Below are positions 31,422 to 42,119 of a DNA stretch of 64,000 bases, one piece after another (positions within the stretch are counted from its first letter, which is position 1; each line of letters begins with the position of its first letter). The DNA is from an uncultured delta proteobacterium (lineage in GTDB: Bacteria > Desulfobacterota > Binatia > UBA9968): contig CAVSLC010000005.1 of the NCBI GenBank assembly GCA_963728565.1, positions 32,001 through 96,000 on the forward strand. Reading direction: 5' to 3'. A program made the position numbers and the translations under genes. Below the pieces are notes generated by a model, which had not been told where the DNA came from, did not search any database, and saw nothing but the letters and a program-made list of their open reading frames with translations.

Positions 31422-31569
31422 ATAAAGCAACTTACCGAATTCTCGCCTCTCGATTTCACACTGGCCGGTACAGATGACTTGGTTATGTGTCCGGCTGCTC
31501 CGGCTGAACGACATTAGGCTTCTGGATTAGGTTAAGCCATCCGTTAGACGATAGATCATTGGCTTCTGG

Positions 31570-31925
31570 ACCGACCGAGCGCCCAGGAAACCCGCTAGGG
31601 CGAAGCTGGTTGTGGTGCTGCGATCTTCCCTGCCGACGTCAGTCAATTTAGGACCAAGCCGCTCTCCCTCGCAATTAGGAAAACAGATCGCCGGAAATAA
31701 ACCGTTCCGAATGGTGCTCAGTCTTGTGCCCGGTAATTACCAAGAAAAACTCCGAAGGGCATCGCAGTATGGTGTCTTTCCCGCTTTAGCGGGTTAACAT
31801 GAGTTGCTGACAGTCCTCGCGTCAAAGCTATCCTTGGTTTTCGTCGGCTCGACGTTATCGCATCGTTCAGGTATACGTGAAGGGAACAAGATAGCCGATC
31901 GGCTGGCTAAGCAAGACGTCGATCA
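31570..31925 (+). pseudogene. rnhA: Heavily decayed ribonuclease HI gene
   Basis: Fragments TDRAPRKP, GEAGCGAAI (31599-31625), NRSEW and REGNKIADRLAKQ (from 31876) match RNase HI motifs DGA.RGNPG.AG.G, N.AEY and RE.N..AD.LA in order. Confidence 0.7.
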
Positions 31926-31940
31926 CAGATTTTCAGACGG

Positions 31941-32310
31941 GCTAAAGTGGATTAAGCGATCGCTCCTTACGATTCTGTAATCTAAGGAGAGGAAAGTCCG
32001 GACTCCACAGGACGAGGTGGCCGTTAACGGCGGCTCCGAGTGATCGGGGGAAAGTACCACAGAAAAAATACCGCCTGTCCTCATGGCAGGTAAGGTTGAA
32101 ATGGCGAGGTAAGAGCTCACCGGTTCATCAGTGATGATGAACGCATGGCAAACCCCACCTGGAGCAAGACCAAATAGGAGGGTAGGGTGGTCCGCCCATA
32201 TCCCTCGGGTAAGGTCGCTCGATCCCAGGAGCAATCCTGGGGCAAGATGAATGATCGCTGTGGCTCTTTTTGAGAGTCATTACAGAATCCGGCTTACGAT
32301 CCACTTTAGC
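31941..32310 (+). ncRNA. rnpB: RNase P RNA (type A)
   Basis: GAGGAAAGTCCGGACTC and ACAGAATCCGGCTTA conserved blocks; P1 helix GCTAAAGTGGAT / ATCCACTTTAGC. Confidence 0.97.
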
Positions 32311-32551
32311 CTAGCTTAGTTTTCCCTCCTCTACTGCCCCGAGCCGATTGCCCTCAGGATTCTGTTCCTGCCGGTTAACCGCCGTAACCCCGCCTACTTT
32401 GGGCCGTCATCCCACTGCAAGGTCTGCCAAATTCCTTCCAAACCGTTTTAGTTGCGCGAGACTATCGTTTCGAGCGATGTCGTAGCCTTCCGGCGGATGC
32501 CGCGAGGCCGGATAAAACTTTTAAAAATCAGCGAAAAATCGAACAAATTTA

Positions 32552-32605
32552 TTGACAGTGCGTACTCGTGAAGTTATAAGTGGCGCTGTGGTGGGAGAAA
32601 GTGGG
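32552..32605 (+). promoter_or_regulatory. dcw promoter with MraZ-binding boxes
   Basis: TTGACA-17 nt-TATAAG; GTGGG at 32591 and 32601 (10-bp spacing) and GTGGC at 32580. Confidence 0.8.
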
Positions 32606-32643
32606 ATAATCTCCCATAAATCAGTTCTTCGGCCGGTTTGTAT

Positions 32644-33096
32644 ATGTTTCGTGGCAGCTTTGAGCACACTCTTGACGGCAAGGGGCGGTTAAGTATTCCG
32701 TCGAAATTTCGCGACATTTTGCTCGGAAAGGGCGATGAGCGGATCATCATGACGAACTTCGTCGTCGATGGTTTGCGTTGTCTCGACGTTTATCCCATCG
32801 ACGAATGGCTACGGCTCGAACAGCAGATCAGCCAGCGACCAAAGTTCGAACGCCGTATGGTGTTGTTTCAAAACTTCTACTTGGGCGGGGCCTGTGAGTG
32901 CCTGTTGGACAAACAGGGACGTATTCTCATCCCTCCTTCGTTGAGGAAGTATGCCGATCTCAAGCGCGACGTGGTTCTGGTTTCGGCTCTCGAAAAATTC
33001 CGTGTCTGGGACCAAGAAACTTGGAAGCAGTTCTTCGCCGATGCGGAAGGCAAATTGATGCAAGATCCTGATTTTCTCGGCGATCTCGGCTTGTGA
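32644..33096 (+). CDS. mraZ: Transcriptional regulator MraZ
   Basis: MFRGSFEHTLDGKGRLSIPSKFR and DKQGRILIP. Confidence 0.95.
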   Translation: MFRGSFEHTLDGKGRLSIPSKFRDILLGKGDERIIMTNFVVDGLRCLDVYPIDEWLRLEQQISQRPKFERRMVLFQNFYLGGACECLLDKQGRILIPPSLRKYADLKRDVVLVSALEKFRVWDQETWKQFFADAEGKLMQDPDFLGDLGL

Positions 33097-33146
33097 GAAT
33101 GGCGGCGCGGATTCATCGCAGTGGTTGGATGAAAGGAGAATAAGAA

Positions 33147-33509
33147 ATGCTACCGCAAAATAACATTCAGGATATTTCCGTGATTGACGTTTCCGGCGAT
33201 ATCGATTTTCGTGAAATGATCCGCATCAAAAACGTTATCGGCGGATTGATCGAAAAAGACCGTTTGAAGGTGGTTCTTAATCTCCGGGCAGTCGATCACA
33301 TCAATTATTTAAGTATCGGCGTGTTGCTCGAGCGTTTGAAACTGCTCAGAAATCTTAATGGCGATCTTAAGCTCGCCGGCATGAGTCCGTTTCTCCGTGA
33401 TATCTTCAAGGTTGTCGGCATGGACCGCTTCTTCGAAGATTATACCTCTCTTGAAGACGCAATCGAAAGCTTCGATGACGATTGGGAGGGGGACGGCACT
33501 AGTCATTAA
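33147..33509 (+). CDS. STAS-domain (anti-sigma-factor antagonist-like) protein
   Basis: VIDVSGDID, VVLNLRAVDHI, GDLKLAG and IFKVVGMD; AAAGGAG RBS. Confidence 0.85.
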   Translation: MLPQNNIQDISVIDVSGDIDFREMIRIKNVIGGLIEKDRLKVVLNLRAVDHINYLSIGVLLERLKLLRNLNGDLKLAGMSPFLRDIFKVVGMDRFFEDYTSLEDAIESFDDDWEGDGTSH

Positions 33510-34439
33510 TGAACTTTGCCCACACTTCGGTTCTGATTCAGGAATCGATGGGGCTGCTCAAGCCCAGACCAGGAGAGTGTTATCTTGATGGAACCTTGGG
33601 AGGAGGTGGGCACGCAGAGGAGATACTTCTCCGCAGCAGTCCCGATGGCCGAGTCTTAGGGCTGGATTGGGATGAGGATGCGGTGACGGCAGCAGGGCAG
33701 CGACTGAGTCGCTTCGGAGAGCGGCTGACACTTCGCCGTGCAAATTTTGATCAGGCGAAGGATATTCTGGCGGCTATAAACTGGGAGTCGAGTGGATGGT
33801 GCGCTCTTGGATTTAGGTGTCTCATCGCATCAGTTCGATGCCGCGGAAAGAGGCTTCAGCTTTCAAAGGAGCGCTCCATTGGACATGCGCATGGACCGTC
33901 GCCAGAAATTGACAGCGCTCGAAATCGTCAACTCTTTTCCCGAGGCGGAGATAGCAAAAATTATCAGCGATTATGGCGAAGAGCCCAGAGCGCGTCGCAT
34001 CGCCGCCGCGATCGCGACAGAGCGGAAAGGTCGCGCCATCGAGACCACGATCGATCTGGCGGAGCTCATCGTTCGAATCAAAGGAAAGCGGAGCCGTGCT
34101 CATCATCCGGCAACGCAGACGTTTCAGGCGCTAAGAATTGCGGTCAACCGCGAACTGGAAACTCTCAAGCGGTTTTTGGAATACGGCTATGAATTGCTCC
34201 AGCCTGGCGGGCGTATGGTGATTATTTCGTTTCATTCATTGGAAGATCGACTGGTCAAAACAGCTTTTCGCAAATGGAGCGAGAAATGTATTTGCCCGCC
34301 CAGAACTCTCAAGTGCGAATGCGGCTGGAGTCAGAAGGCGCAAAGATTAACCCGCAAACCGATCATCGCATCGGCTGAAGAAGTCAGGGCTAACCCTAGG
34401 GCGCGTGCGGCGAAGCTGCGCGCGGTAGTGCGACTATGA
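33509..34439 (+). CDS. rsmH: 16S rRNA m4C1402 methyltransferase; frameshift near 33790
   Basis: HTSVL, DGTLGGGGH, DLGVSSHQ, PLDMRMD, FQALRIAVNRE and SFHSLEDR motifs. Confidence 0.93.
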
Positions 34440-34798
34440 GAACGAAAACAGCCGCTGCCGTTGATCTAAACTCACGCCGTGCGGTTCGGCCGGTGAAAGC
34501 GAAACAGCCTAACCGGGCACCAAAGCGCAAAGGCCACCAGCATCTTGTTGCTATCTGCGCTCTGGCCTTTTGTTTGTTCATTTTAGGATTGGTTCATGTC
34601 TGGTTGCGTTTACAGGTAGTCCATATGGGTTATGTGCTTTCGACCACTACAAAACTGCAGGGCCGGCTTGAACAAGAGAACCGAGAATTGAAGGTTGAAC
34701 TTGCCAGTTTGACCTCTCCAGACCGTTTGGAAGCGATGGCGCGCCGAAGACTGGGCTTGATGCCGCCCGAGAAGGGTCAGGTTCTCGTATTGCCATGA
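34436..34798 (+). CDS. ftsL: Cell division protein FtsL
   Basis: Single TM plus leucine zipper, RLEAMARRRLGL; lies between rsmH and ftsI. Confidence 0.85.
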   Translation: MRTKTAAAVDLNSRRAVRPVKAKQPNRAPKRKGHQHLVAICALAFCLFILGLVHVWLRLQVVHMGYVLSTTTKLQGRLEQENRELKVELASLTSPDRLEAMARRRLGLMPPEKGQVLVLP

Positions 34799-36744
34799 AA
34801 AGAGCTCCGCAGACCAGCCATGTGCGTTTGACCGTTGCCAAGATTCTCTTTCTGGCAATTTTCCTGGTGGTCGGCGGGCGCGCATTTTATTTGCAAGCAC
34901 TGCAGGGCGATCGGCTCATGCGCTTGGGCCAGCGGCAACATCTGAAAGAATGGACCGTGCTGCCGAAGCGAGGAGGGGTGTTCGACAGGGGCGGCGAAGC
35001 GCTGGCATTGAGTCTCGAGGCGCAGTCGGTTTACGCGCGCCCCCGGCGCATTCAAGATGCTGCCAAGAGCGCCGGTGATTTAGCGCGAGTTCTAAAAATC
35101 AGTTCAGCGGAGATAAGAGAGAGGCTCACTTCCGCCAAGCCTTTTGTCTGGATCAAGCGACAGATTTCCCCCGATGAGGCGGGTCAGATTCAGAATCTCA
35201 AAATCGAAGGCGTAGGCATGTTTCACGAACCGCATCGCTACTATCCGCAGGGTCAGCTTGCCGGGCAGGTGATCGGTTTCGTCGGCCGTGATTCCGAAGG
35301 ACTTGAAGGTTTGGAGCTGCGCTACAATGAGTACATTCGTGGGGAAACGGGCTCCTCTGTGTCCGAGCGCGATGCTTTGGGCCGCCGTGTGCTCGTGGAA
35401 GGCATCGAAGGACTTCAAATCCCCGCAGGCGGCGATATTCATCTAACCCTCGACACGTCCATTCAGCATCTGGCCGAAAAAGAACTTGAAGCCTCCATCG
35501 ACAAATACCGCGCAAAGGCGGGCGTTGCGATTGCGGTCGAGCCACGCACCGGTGAAATTTTGGCATTGGCCAACTATCCGACGTTCAATCCTAACAATTA
35601 TTCGGCCGCCTCCCCTGAGCAGCGGCGCAATCGCGCGGTGACGGATAGCTTTGAACCGGGTTCCACGTTCAAAACAATCGTCGCAGCAGCCGCTCTCGAA
35701 GAGGGAATCGTCGACAAAGAGGATTTGTTTTTCTGTGAATACGGCAAATTCAGTTATGCGGGCAGAATCATTCACGATACCCACCCGCATGGCTGGCTGC
35801 CATTCTCCAAGATCCTTCAGGTATCGAGCAACATCGGCTTTTCCAAAGTTGCCGACAAATTGAAAAAGGATCGGCTCTTCAAATACATCGAGAAATTTGG
35901 TTTTGGTCAAGTGAGCGGCATCGATATGCCGGGGGAAGTTCCAGGATTACTGCGTCGCCCGGAAACGTGGTCTGGGATAGACTTGGCAACTCATGCTTTC
36001 GGTCAGGGATTGTCGGCGACGCCGCTGCAAATGGTGATGGCTTATGCGGCGATTGCTAATGGCGGCTTTCTAATGCGTCCCTATGTGGTCCGGCGCGCTC
36101 TGAGTCCAAAAGGCGAAGTCCTGATAGAAAATCAGCCTCATGTCGTTCGCCGTGTGGTTTCAGAGAGAACCGCCCGCTTGCTCGCCTCCATGCTTCAAGA
36201 TGTTACCGCCGAGGGCGGCACCGGGAGGATGGCAAAAGTGGAAGGGTTCGATGTTGCCGGGAAGACGGGTACGGCGCAAAAAGTCGATCTGGTAAATGGC
36301 GGCTATGACGCCAAAAAGCGTGTCGCATCGTTCGTCGGTTTCGTTCCCGCGGACGAACCTCGCTTGGTATTGATGGTGCTCGTCGATGAACCGCAAAGTA
36401 ACGTCTATGGTGGTGTTGTAGCCGCGCCGGTTTTCCAAAATATCGCGCGCGGCGCCTTGCGCCATTTTGGTGTTGCCGCCCAGACAGCTGAACCGATCGC
36501 CGGCCCGGTGGCTGAAGCGGACATTCCGCTACGGCGCGCGCCGAAGAGGAGTAGCCAGGCTGTCTTCGATACTGGAGCCACCCCGGATTTTGTTGGTCTT
36601 AGCCTGCGTGAAGCCGTGGAGAAAGCGCGTGATCTAAATCTCAAGGTAAAAATTCACGGCAATGGCTATGTGGTCAAGCAGTCACCAGGCCCCGGAGGGC
36701 GCTGGGATGAAAACGGCATGCTGGTGTTGAATCTGCAAGGATGA
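34795..36744 (+). CDS. ftsI: Divisome transpeptidase PBP3 with C-terminal PASTA domain
   Basis: EPGSTFK (SxxK), SSN and KTGTAQ; PDFVGLSLREA PASTA-like tail. Confidence 0.93.
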   Translation: MKRAPQTSHVRLTVAKILFLAIFLVVGGRAFYLQALQGDRLMRLGQRQHLKEWTVLPKRGGVFDRGGEALALSLEAQSVYARPRRIQDAAKSAGDLARVLKISSAEIRERLTSAKPFVWIKRQISPDEAGQIQNLKIEGVGMFHEPHRYYPQGQLAGQVIGFVGRDSEGLEGLELRYNEYIRGETGSSVSERDALGRRVLVEGIEGLQIPAGGDIHLTLDTSIQHLAEKELEASIDKYRAKAGVAIAVEPRTGEILALANYPTFNPNNYSAASPEQRRNRAVTDSFEPGSTFKTIVAAAALEEGIVDKEDLFFCEYGKFSYAGRIIHDTHPHGWLPFSKILQVSSNIGFSKVADKLKKDRLFKYIEKFGFGQVSGIDMPGEVPGLLRRPETWSGIDLATHAFGQGLSATPLQMVMAYAAIANGGFLMRPYVVRRALSPKGEVLIENQPHVVRRVVSERTARLLASMLQDVTAEGGTGRMAKVEGFDVAGKTGTAQKVDLVNGGYDAKKRVASFVGFVPADEPRLVLMVLVDEPQSNVYGGVVAAPVFQNIARGALRHFGVAAQTAEPIAGPVAEADIPLRRAPKRSSQAVFDTGATPDFVGLSLREAVEKARDLNLKVKIHGNGYVVKQSPGPGGRWDENGMLVLNLQG

Positions 36745-36750
36745 TTCGAG

Positions 36751-38289
36751 ATGCGTCTCAAGGATTTTCTGACGCTGCAGAAGCCCGAGCAAGCCGAAGG
36801 AGATCTTGATCAAGAAGTAGCTGGTCTGGTTTATGACTCACGGCGGGTGACCAAAGGGGATGTGTTTTTCGCCGTGCCGGGCGAGCGGGCGAATGGCCAT
36901 CAATTTGTAAATCAAGCCATCGAACGCGGTGCCATTGCAGCCGTTGTTTCCGTTACAGCCAATGTGCGCCCGGGAGTGACGTTCGTTCGCGTTCACGACG
37001 TGAGGGCGACCATGGGTTTATGGGCCGCCCATTTTTATGCGCAGCCTGGGCGCCGCCTTAAAATTGTCGGGGTTACCGGGACTAACGGGAAGACCACGAC
37101 CACCTACCTGATCGAGTCCATATTTGCTTCGGCCGGCCTGGAGCCGGGAGTGATCGGGACCATCAATTATCGATACGGCGGCAAAGAAATGCCTGCGCAT
37201 CATACGACACCGGAATCTCTAGAGCTTCATGCGCTGATGGCCGAAATGACGCAAGACGGTGCGCGGTCGATGGTCATGGAAGTCTCGTCGCATGCGCTGG
37301 TTCAGGGGCGAGTTCGTGGGGTCGACTTTGATGTCGGTGTCTTCACCAATCTTTCACGCGATCATCTGGACTATCATAAGAACATGGATGATTATTTCCT
37401 CGCCAAGAGCAGGTTGTTTACCGATTACCTACCAGCGAGCGCTAAAACAGCCAAAGCAGCGGTCGTCAACGGCGATGATGCCAGAGGACGCGAGCTTCTG
37501 AGTAAAGCGCAACGCGCCGGTGTAACGACCTGGAGTTATGGCTCTGGAGAAGAATGGGATATCAAACCGCTGCAAGTGCATCACGATGTCAGCGGTCAGC
37601 GTGGAAAAATCAAGGTCAAAGATCGAGTGATCGAGTTTTCATCGGAGCTGATCGGCTCGGCAAACTTGGATAACATTCTTGCCGCCGTCGGTGTTGGCTT
37701 TGCGTTGGAAATCCCGGTGACGGCGATTGTCGACGGCATCAGAAAACTCCGATGCGTTCCCGGGCGCTTGCAACGGGTCGAAAACTCATGCGGGGTTCTT
37801 GTTCTGGTGGATTATGCTCACACGCCGGATGCACTGGAGAAAACTCTCGGCGCAGTCCGGCCGCTGACCGATGCCAGAGTTGTGACGGTTTTTGGTTGCG
37901 GCGGCGACCGCGACCGCGGCAAACGGCCGTTGATGGGCGAAATTGCCGCGCGTCTCAGCGATGTAGTCATTTTGACTTCCGACAATCCTCGTTCAGAGGA
38001 TCCCATGCGTATTATCCAGGAGATCGAGGTGGGTATGCAGAAAGCCGGAATCTCCAAACTTGAAGCTCGAGCGGCAAGCGTCCACGATGTTCACGGATAC
38101 GGAGTCGAGGCGGACCGGCGCAAAGCGATTGGCCTCGCATTGAGCTGGGCCCAACCGGGTGATGTTGTGGTGATTGCCGGGAAGGGGCATGAGGATTATC
38201 AGATCCTGGGCAAGGAGAAGATCCACTTTGATGACCGTGAGGTCGCCCGGGAAATCTTGGATTGCCAGGCGAGCGTCCTCCAGACTTGA
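36751..38289 (+). CDS. murE: UDP-MurNAc-dipeptide--meso-DAP ligase
   Basis: GTNGKTT, TTPES, MEVSSH, DYAHTPD, DNPR (DAP specificity) and AGKGHE. Confidence 0.95.
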   Translation: MRLKDFLTLQKPEQAEGDLDQEVAGLVYDSRRVTKGDVFFAVPGERANGHQFVNQAIERGAIAAVVSVTANVRPGVTFVRVHDVRATMGLWAAHFYAQPGRRLKIVGVTGTNGKTTTTYLIESIFASAGLEPGVIGTINYRYGGKEMPAHHTTPESLELHALMAEMTQDGARSMVMEVSSHALVQGRVRGVDFDVGVFTNLSRDHLDYHKNMDDYFLAKSRLFTDYLPASAKTAKAAVVNGDDARGRELLSKAQRAGVTTWSYGSGEEWDIKPLQVHHDVSGQRGKIKVKDRVIEFSSELIGSANLDNILAAVGVGFALEIPVTAIVDGIRKLRCVPGRLQRVENSCGVLVLVDYAHTPDALEKTLGAVRPLTDARVVTVFGCGGDRDRGKRPLMGEIAARLSDVVILTSDNPRSEDPMRIIQEIEVGMQKAGISKLEARAASVHDVHGYGVEADRRKAIGLALSWAQPGDVVVIAGKGHEDYQILGKEKIHFDDREVAREILDCQASVLQT

Positions 38290-38291
38290 GT

Positions 38292-39686
38292 ATGGCATGG
38301 ACGTTAGATGAGATTCTCACGGCTACGGGTGGTAAGTCGGAAGGCCGACCTAAAGCCAGCCGGTTCGATGAAATCGTTACGGATTCCAATAAAGTGAAAA
38401 CAGGTTCTGTTTTTGTCGCGCTCAAGGGCGAGAGATTCGATGGGCATCGTTTCATCAAAGACGCGATCAGCCGCGGAGCCGGGTGTCTGGTGGTTCACCA
38501 ACCTCTGCGCCCTGCCGATCTCAGGAGTGTTACCGCCGTCAAAGTGCCCGATACGCTTCGAGCCTTGGGAGACCTGGCCCACTTCCGCCGTGAGCAATAC
38601 GGGCCGAAGGTGCTGGCGATTACCGGGTCCAACGGAAAGACCACAACCAAGGAAATGTTAGCGGCGATTTTGCAGCGCGCTTCTCTGGACCGCCAGCCGC
38701 TCGCCGGAAGGGTGCTAAAAACCGAAGGCAATTTCAACAACCTGGTGGGCTTGCCGTTGACCTTGCTGCGGCTTCGTAAGCGGCACCGGGTGGTGGTTGT
38801 GGAAATGGGAACCAATCGGCCCGGCGAGATCGGCCGGTTGGCTGAGATAGCGGCGGCCGATATGGCGATCATTACCTCGGTGGCGCCGGCTCATTTGGAA
38901 GGGCTGAATAGTTTGGCCGGTGTCGCGAAGGAAAAGGGCGCTTTGTTCAGCGGTATGCGCGCGGGGGGCACCATCGTAGTTAACCTCGATGATCCGCGGG
39001 TGCGGCGCCTGGGTGAAAGATTCAGCGGCAACAAAGTCACTTACGGTAAGGGAGGTCAGATCAGCGCGGAGTCCGGTTCATTGCTGGCTTCAGGAGCAAT
39101 GCGATTTACCCTGCGCGCCGGGCATCAGCGGGCGCACGTTCGTCTTAATTTTGTCGGCCAGCATAATATCGCCAATGCACTCGGCGCCGCCGCCATGGCC
39201 TACAGCTTAGGCATACCGCTGCCGGCGATTCGGCGCGGTTTGGAAAGCGTTAAGCCTTACAGCATGCGAATGCAGATGGAGAGATGGCGCGGCGTCGGCA
39301 TTATCAACGATGCCTACAACGCCAATCCGGCATCGATGATCGCCGCCATCAAAACGTTGGCCCAAATGAACTCCTGCGGAGAACGAATCGCCGTGCTTGG
39401 CGACATGTTCGAGCTCGGCAAACAAAGCCAACGGGAGCATCTGCGTCTTGGCAATCAACTGGCGCGCGCTGGACTGGACCGCGCCTATCTTTTAGGGGAG
39501 CGGGCGCCGGACGTCAGAAAAGGCGCGCTGCGCGCCGGCATGAAGCCGGAGCAAGTTATCGTCGGTGAAAGTCATGGCGACATCGGCCGGCGGTTGCGCG
39601 CTCACTTGAAGAAAGGCGATTGGCTTTTGATCAAGGGTTCGCGAGGTATGAAGATGGAAACAGTCTTGTCGGAGCTGAAAGGTTAG
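38292..39686 (+). CDS. murF: UDP-MurNAc-tripeptide--D-Ala-D-Ala ligase
   Basis: [34 protein letters not shown] and KGSRGM. Confidence 0.95.
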   Translation: MAWTLDEILTATGGKSEGRPKASRFDEIVTDSNKVKTGSVFVALKGERFDGHRFIKDAISRGAGCLVVHQPLRPADLRSVTAVKVPDTLRALGDLAHFRREQYGPKVLAITGSNGKTTTKEMLAAILQRASLDRQPLAGRVLKTEGNFNNLVGLPLTLLRLRKRHRVVVVEMGTNRPGEIGRLAEIAAADMAIITSVAPAHLEGLNSLAGVAKEKGALFSGMRAGGTIVVNLDDPRVRRLGERFSGNKVTYGKGGQISAESGSLLASGAMRFTLRAGHQRAHVRLNFVGQHNIANALGAAAMAYSLGIPLPAIRRGLESVKPYSMRMQMERWRGVGIINDAYNANPASMIAAIKTLAQMNSCGERIAVLGDMFELGKQSQREHLRLGNQLARAGLDRAYLLGERAPDVRKGALRAGMKPEQVIVGESHGDIGRRLRAHLKKGDWLLIKGSRGMKMETVLSELKG

Positions 39687-39687
39687 A

Positions 39688-40770
39688 TTGATATTGCTGT
39701 ACTACTTGCTGTTCCCATTGCACACGACTTATTCCGGCTTCAATGTTTTTCGCTACATAACTTTCCGGGCAGCGATGGCTGCGCTGGTGGCATTGCTTGT
39801 ATCTTTTCTTTTGGGACCGCGATTGATTCGAGCGCTAACACAAAAGCATATCGGGCAGCAGATCAGGGACGACGGGCCGGCCTCTCACGCGGTCAAAGCG
39901 GGAACGCCGACGATGGGCGGAGCGCTGATACTCCTGGCGCTAACCTTTTCAACCCTTCTGTTGGGAGACATCGGCAATCGCTATGTGTTGCTTGCGCTGC
40001 TCGCGACTGTCGGCGCGGGACTGGTTGGATTCGTCGATGATTACCTGAAGCTTACCCGCAGGAGCAGCAAGGGATTGCCGCCTCGGGCGAAATTACTGGG
40101 TCAATTCGTGATGGCCTTTGTCGTCGCTCTGGCGCTTTACTATATGCCTAAGTTCAGCACCGAGATCAGCCTTCCTTTTATCAAAAACTTTCGTCCGGAT
40201 CTGGGCGTGCTCTATGTGCCCTTCGCAATGTTTGTGATCGTCGGCGCTTCTAATGCCGTTAATCTCACTGACGGGCTTGACGGTTTGGCGATTGGACCGG
40301 TGATGGTCGCCGCCGGCACCTATGCGGTGATCGCCTATGTTACCGGACATATGAAATTGGCTGAGTATCTGCAGATTCCTTACGTCGCTGGCGTGGGTGA
40401 ACTGAGCGTATTTTGCGCCGCAGTGGTCGCCGCAGGGTTGGGATTTCTCTGGTACAACGCCTATCCCGCGCAGATGTTCATGGGTGACGTGGGCTCGTTG
40501 GCGCTTGGAGCGGCTCTCGGAGCGGTTGCCGTGATGACCAAGAACGAGATTCTATTGGTCATCGTGGGCGGCGTATTCGTTGCAGAGGCGCTCTCGGTCA
40601 TCTTCCAGGTTGCCTCCTACAAGCTCAGGCGCAAGCGAGTCTTTCTGATGGCGCCGATTCATCACCATTATGAGCTCAAGGGTTGGAAGGAGCCGCAAAT
40701 CATCGTGCGGTTTTGGATTATCGCGTTTATCTGCGCCGTGATCGGCCTTAGCACGCTCAAGCTCCGGTAA
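39688..40770 (+). CDS. mraY: Phospho-MurNAc-pentapeptide transferase
   Basis: [29 protein letters not shown] and MAPIHHHYE. Confidence 0.96.
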   Translation: MILLYYLLFPLHTTYSGFNVFRYITFRAAMAALVALLVSFLLGPRLIRALTQKHIGQQIRDDGPASHAVKAGTPTMGGALILLALTFSTLLLGDIGNRYVLLALLATVGAGLVGFVDDYLKLTRRSSKGLPPRAKLLGQFVMAFVVALALYYMPKFSTEISLPFIKNFRPDLGVLYVPFAMFVIVGASNAVNLTDGLDGLAIGPVMVAAGTYAVIAYVTGHMKLAEYLQIPYVAGVGELSVFCAAVVAAGLGFLWYNAYPAQMFMGDVGSLALGAALGAVAVMTKNEILLVIVGGVFVAEALSVIFQVASYKLRRKRVFLMAPIHHHYELKGWKEPQIIVRFWIIAFICAVIGLSTLKLR

Positions 40771-40784
40771 AATGGCATTGGAAA

Positions 40785-42119
40785 ATGGATCTCAGGGGCA
40801 AGAAAGTCATGGTGCTCGGCCTGGCGCGCACCGGCCGGGACACAGCGCGGTTTCTCGCGCAGCGCGGGGCCATCGTGCGGGTTAGCGATCTTCGCCCGGC
40901 GGCTGATCTGCAGGGCGAGTTGAACGCGCTTGCGGGGTTGCCGATTCAATACCATCTCGGCGGCGAGGATCTAAATTGGCTCGAAGGCGTTGACATGGTT
41001 GTGCCGAGCCCCGGTGTGCCGATGAACAATTTGCTTCTCCAGGAGGCCGGCCGTCGCGGCGTCGAAATCATTAGCGAGATCGAACTGGCTTATCGCTCTT
41101 TGTCGCTGCCGCTGATCGCCATCACCGGAACCAACGGAAAGAGCACCACCACGACCTTGATCGGCGAGATTCTTAAGGCAAACGGAACAAAAACTTTTGT
41201 CGGTGGCAATCTCGGCATGCCCCTGATCGGATGCGGACTGGATAACTGGGATTGGGGAGTTGTCGAAGTCAGCAGCTTTCAGCTCGAATGGGTGAAATGG
41301 TTTCGTCCGCGGATCGCCGTGCTCCTTAATATAAGCGAAGATCATCTCGATCGTTATACGGACCTTGCCGCTTACGCCCATGCCAAGCAAAGAATCTTCG
41401 CCGCTCAAAGTGAACAAGACATCGCGATTCTCAACCGTGACGATTCGCGGGTTTGGGCGATGCGGCGGCAATTGCGCTCGCAAGTTGTCTCCATCGGCTT
41501 TTCCGAGGTGCCCAATGGGGTTTTTGCCGAGCGCGATGCCATCGTTTGGCGCGACGGCCAAGGCGAAGAAAGATTTTCGTTGACCGCGGTTAAAATCAAA
41601 GGCGTGCACAATGTCGAGAATATGATGGCGGCAATTGCGGCGTCCAAGTCGGTGGGTGTCGGCTATGATGTCATCCAGGAGACTTTGGATACCTTTCCCG
41701 GCCTCGAGCATCGCCTGGAGTTTGTCCGGGAGAAAGATGGGATTCGTTACTTCAACGATTCCAAGGGCACCAACGTCGGCGCGGTCGAGAAGTCGCTGGC
41801 GAGTTTTTCCGAGCCGGTGATTCTCATTGCCGGCGGTGTCGATAAAGGCGGCGATTACGGCCCGCTGCAAAACTACATCCGGCAGCGAGTGCGTCGCTTG
41901 GTGTTGTTCGGAGCAGCCAAAGAGATCATCGCCGAAGCGCTCGGCCACCTCACCGAAACCGTAATCGTAGCAGATCTGGCCGCGGCCGTAAGCGACGCCG
42001 CCGCGCATGCGCAACCCGGCGATGTCGTGTTGTTGTCGCCGGCGTGTTCCAGCTTCGACATGTTTCGCAACTATGCCGAAAGGGGCAAAGCCTTTAAAAG
42101 CCTGGTGCACGCCTTATGA
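40785..42119 (+). CDS. murD: UDP-MurNAc-L-Ala--D-Glu ligase
   Basis: GTNGKSTTT, EVSSFQL, DHLDRY, NDSKGTN and LSPACSSFD. Confidence 0.96.
   Translation: MDLRGKKVMVLGLARTGRDTARFLAQRGAIVRVSDLRPAADLQGELNALAGLPIQYHLGGEDLNWLEGVDMVVPSPGVPMNNLLLQEAGRRGVEIISEIELAYRSLSLPLIAITGTNGKSTTTTLIGEILKANGTKTFVGGNLGMPLIGCGLDNWDWGVVEVSSFQLEWVKWFRPRIAVLLNISEDHLDRYTDLAAYAHAKQRIFAAQSEQDIAILNRDDSRVWAMRRQLRSQVVSIGFSEVPNGVFAERDAIVWRDGQGEERFSLTAVKIKGVHNVENMMAAIAASKSVGVGYDVIQETLDTFPGLEHRLEFVREKDGIRYFNDSKGTNVGAVEKSLASFSEPVILIAGGVDKGGDYGPLQNYIRQRVRRLVLFGAAKEIIAEALGHLTETVIVADLAAAVSDAAAHAQPGDVVLLSPACSSFDMFRNYAERGKAFKSLVHAL

Noticed and set aside
31923-32234. 103-aa minus-strand ORF
   Set aside because: Antisense to RNase P RNA
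40971-42110. 379-aa antisense ORF, and similar ones opposite ilvD, murC, ybaL and the amidohydrolase
   Set aside because: Shadow ORFs of GC-rich coding strands with no recognisable motifs
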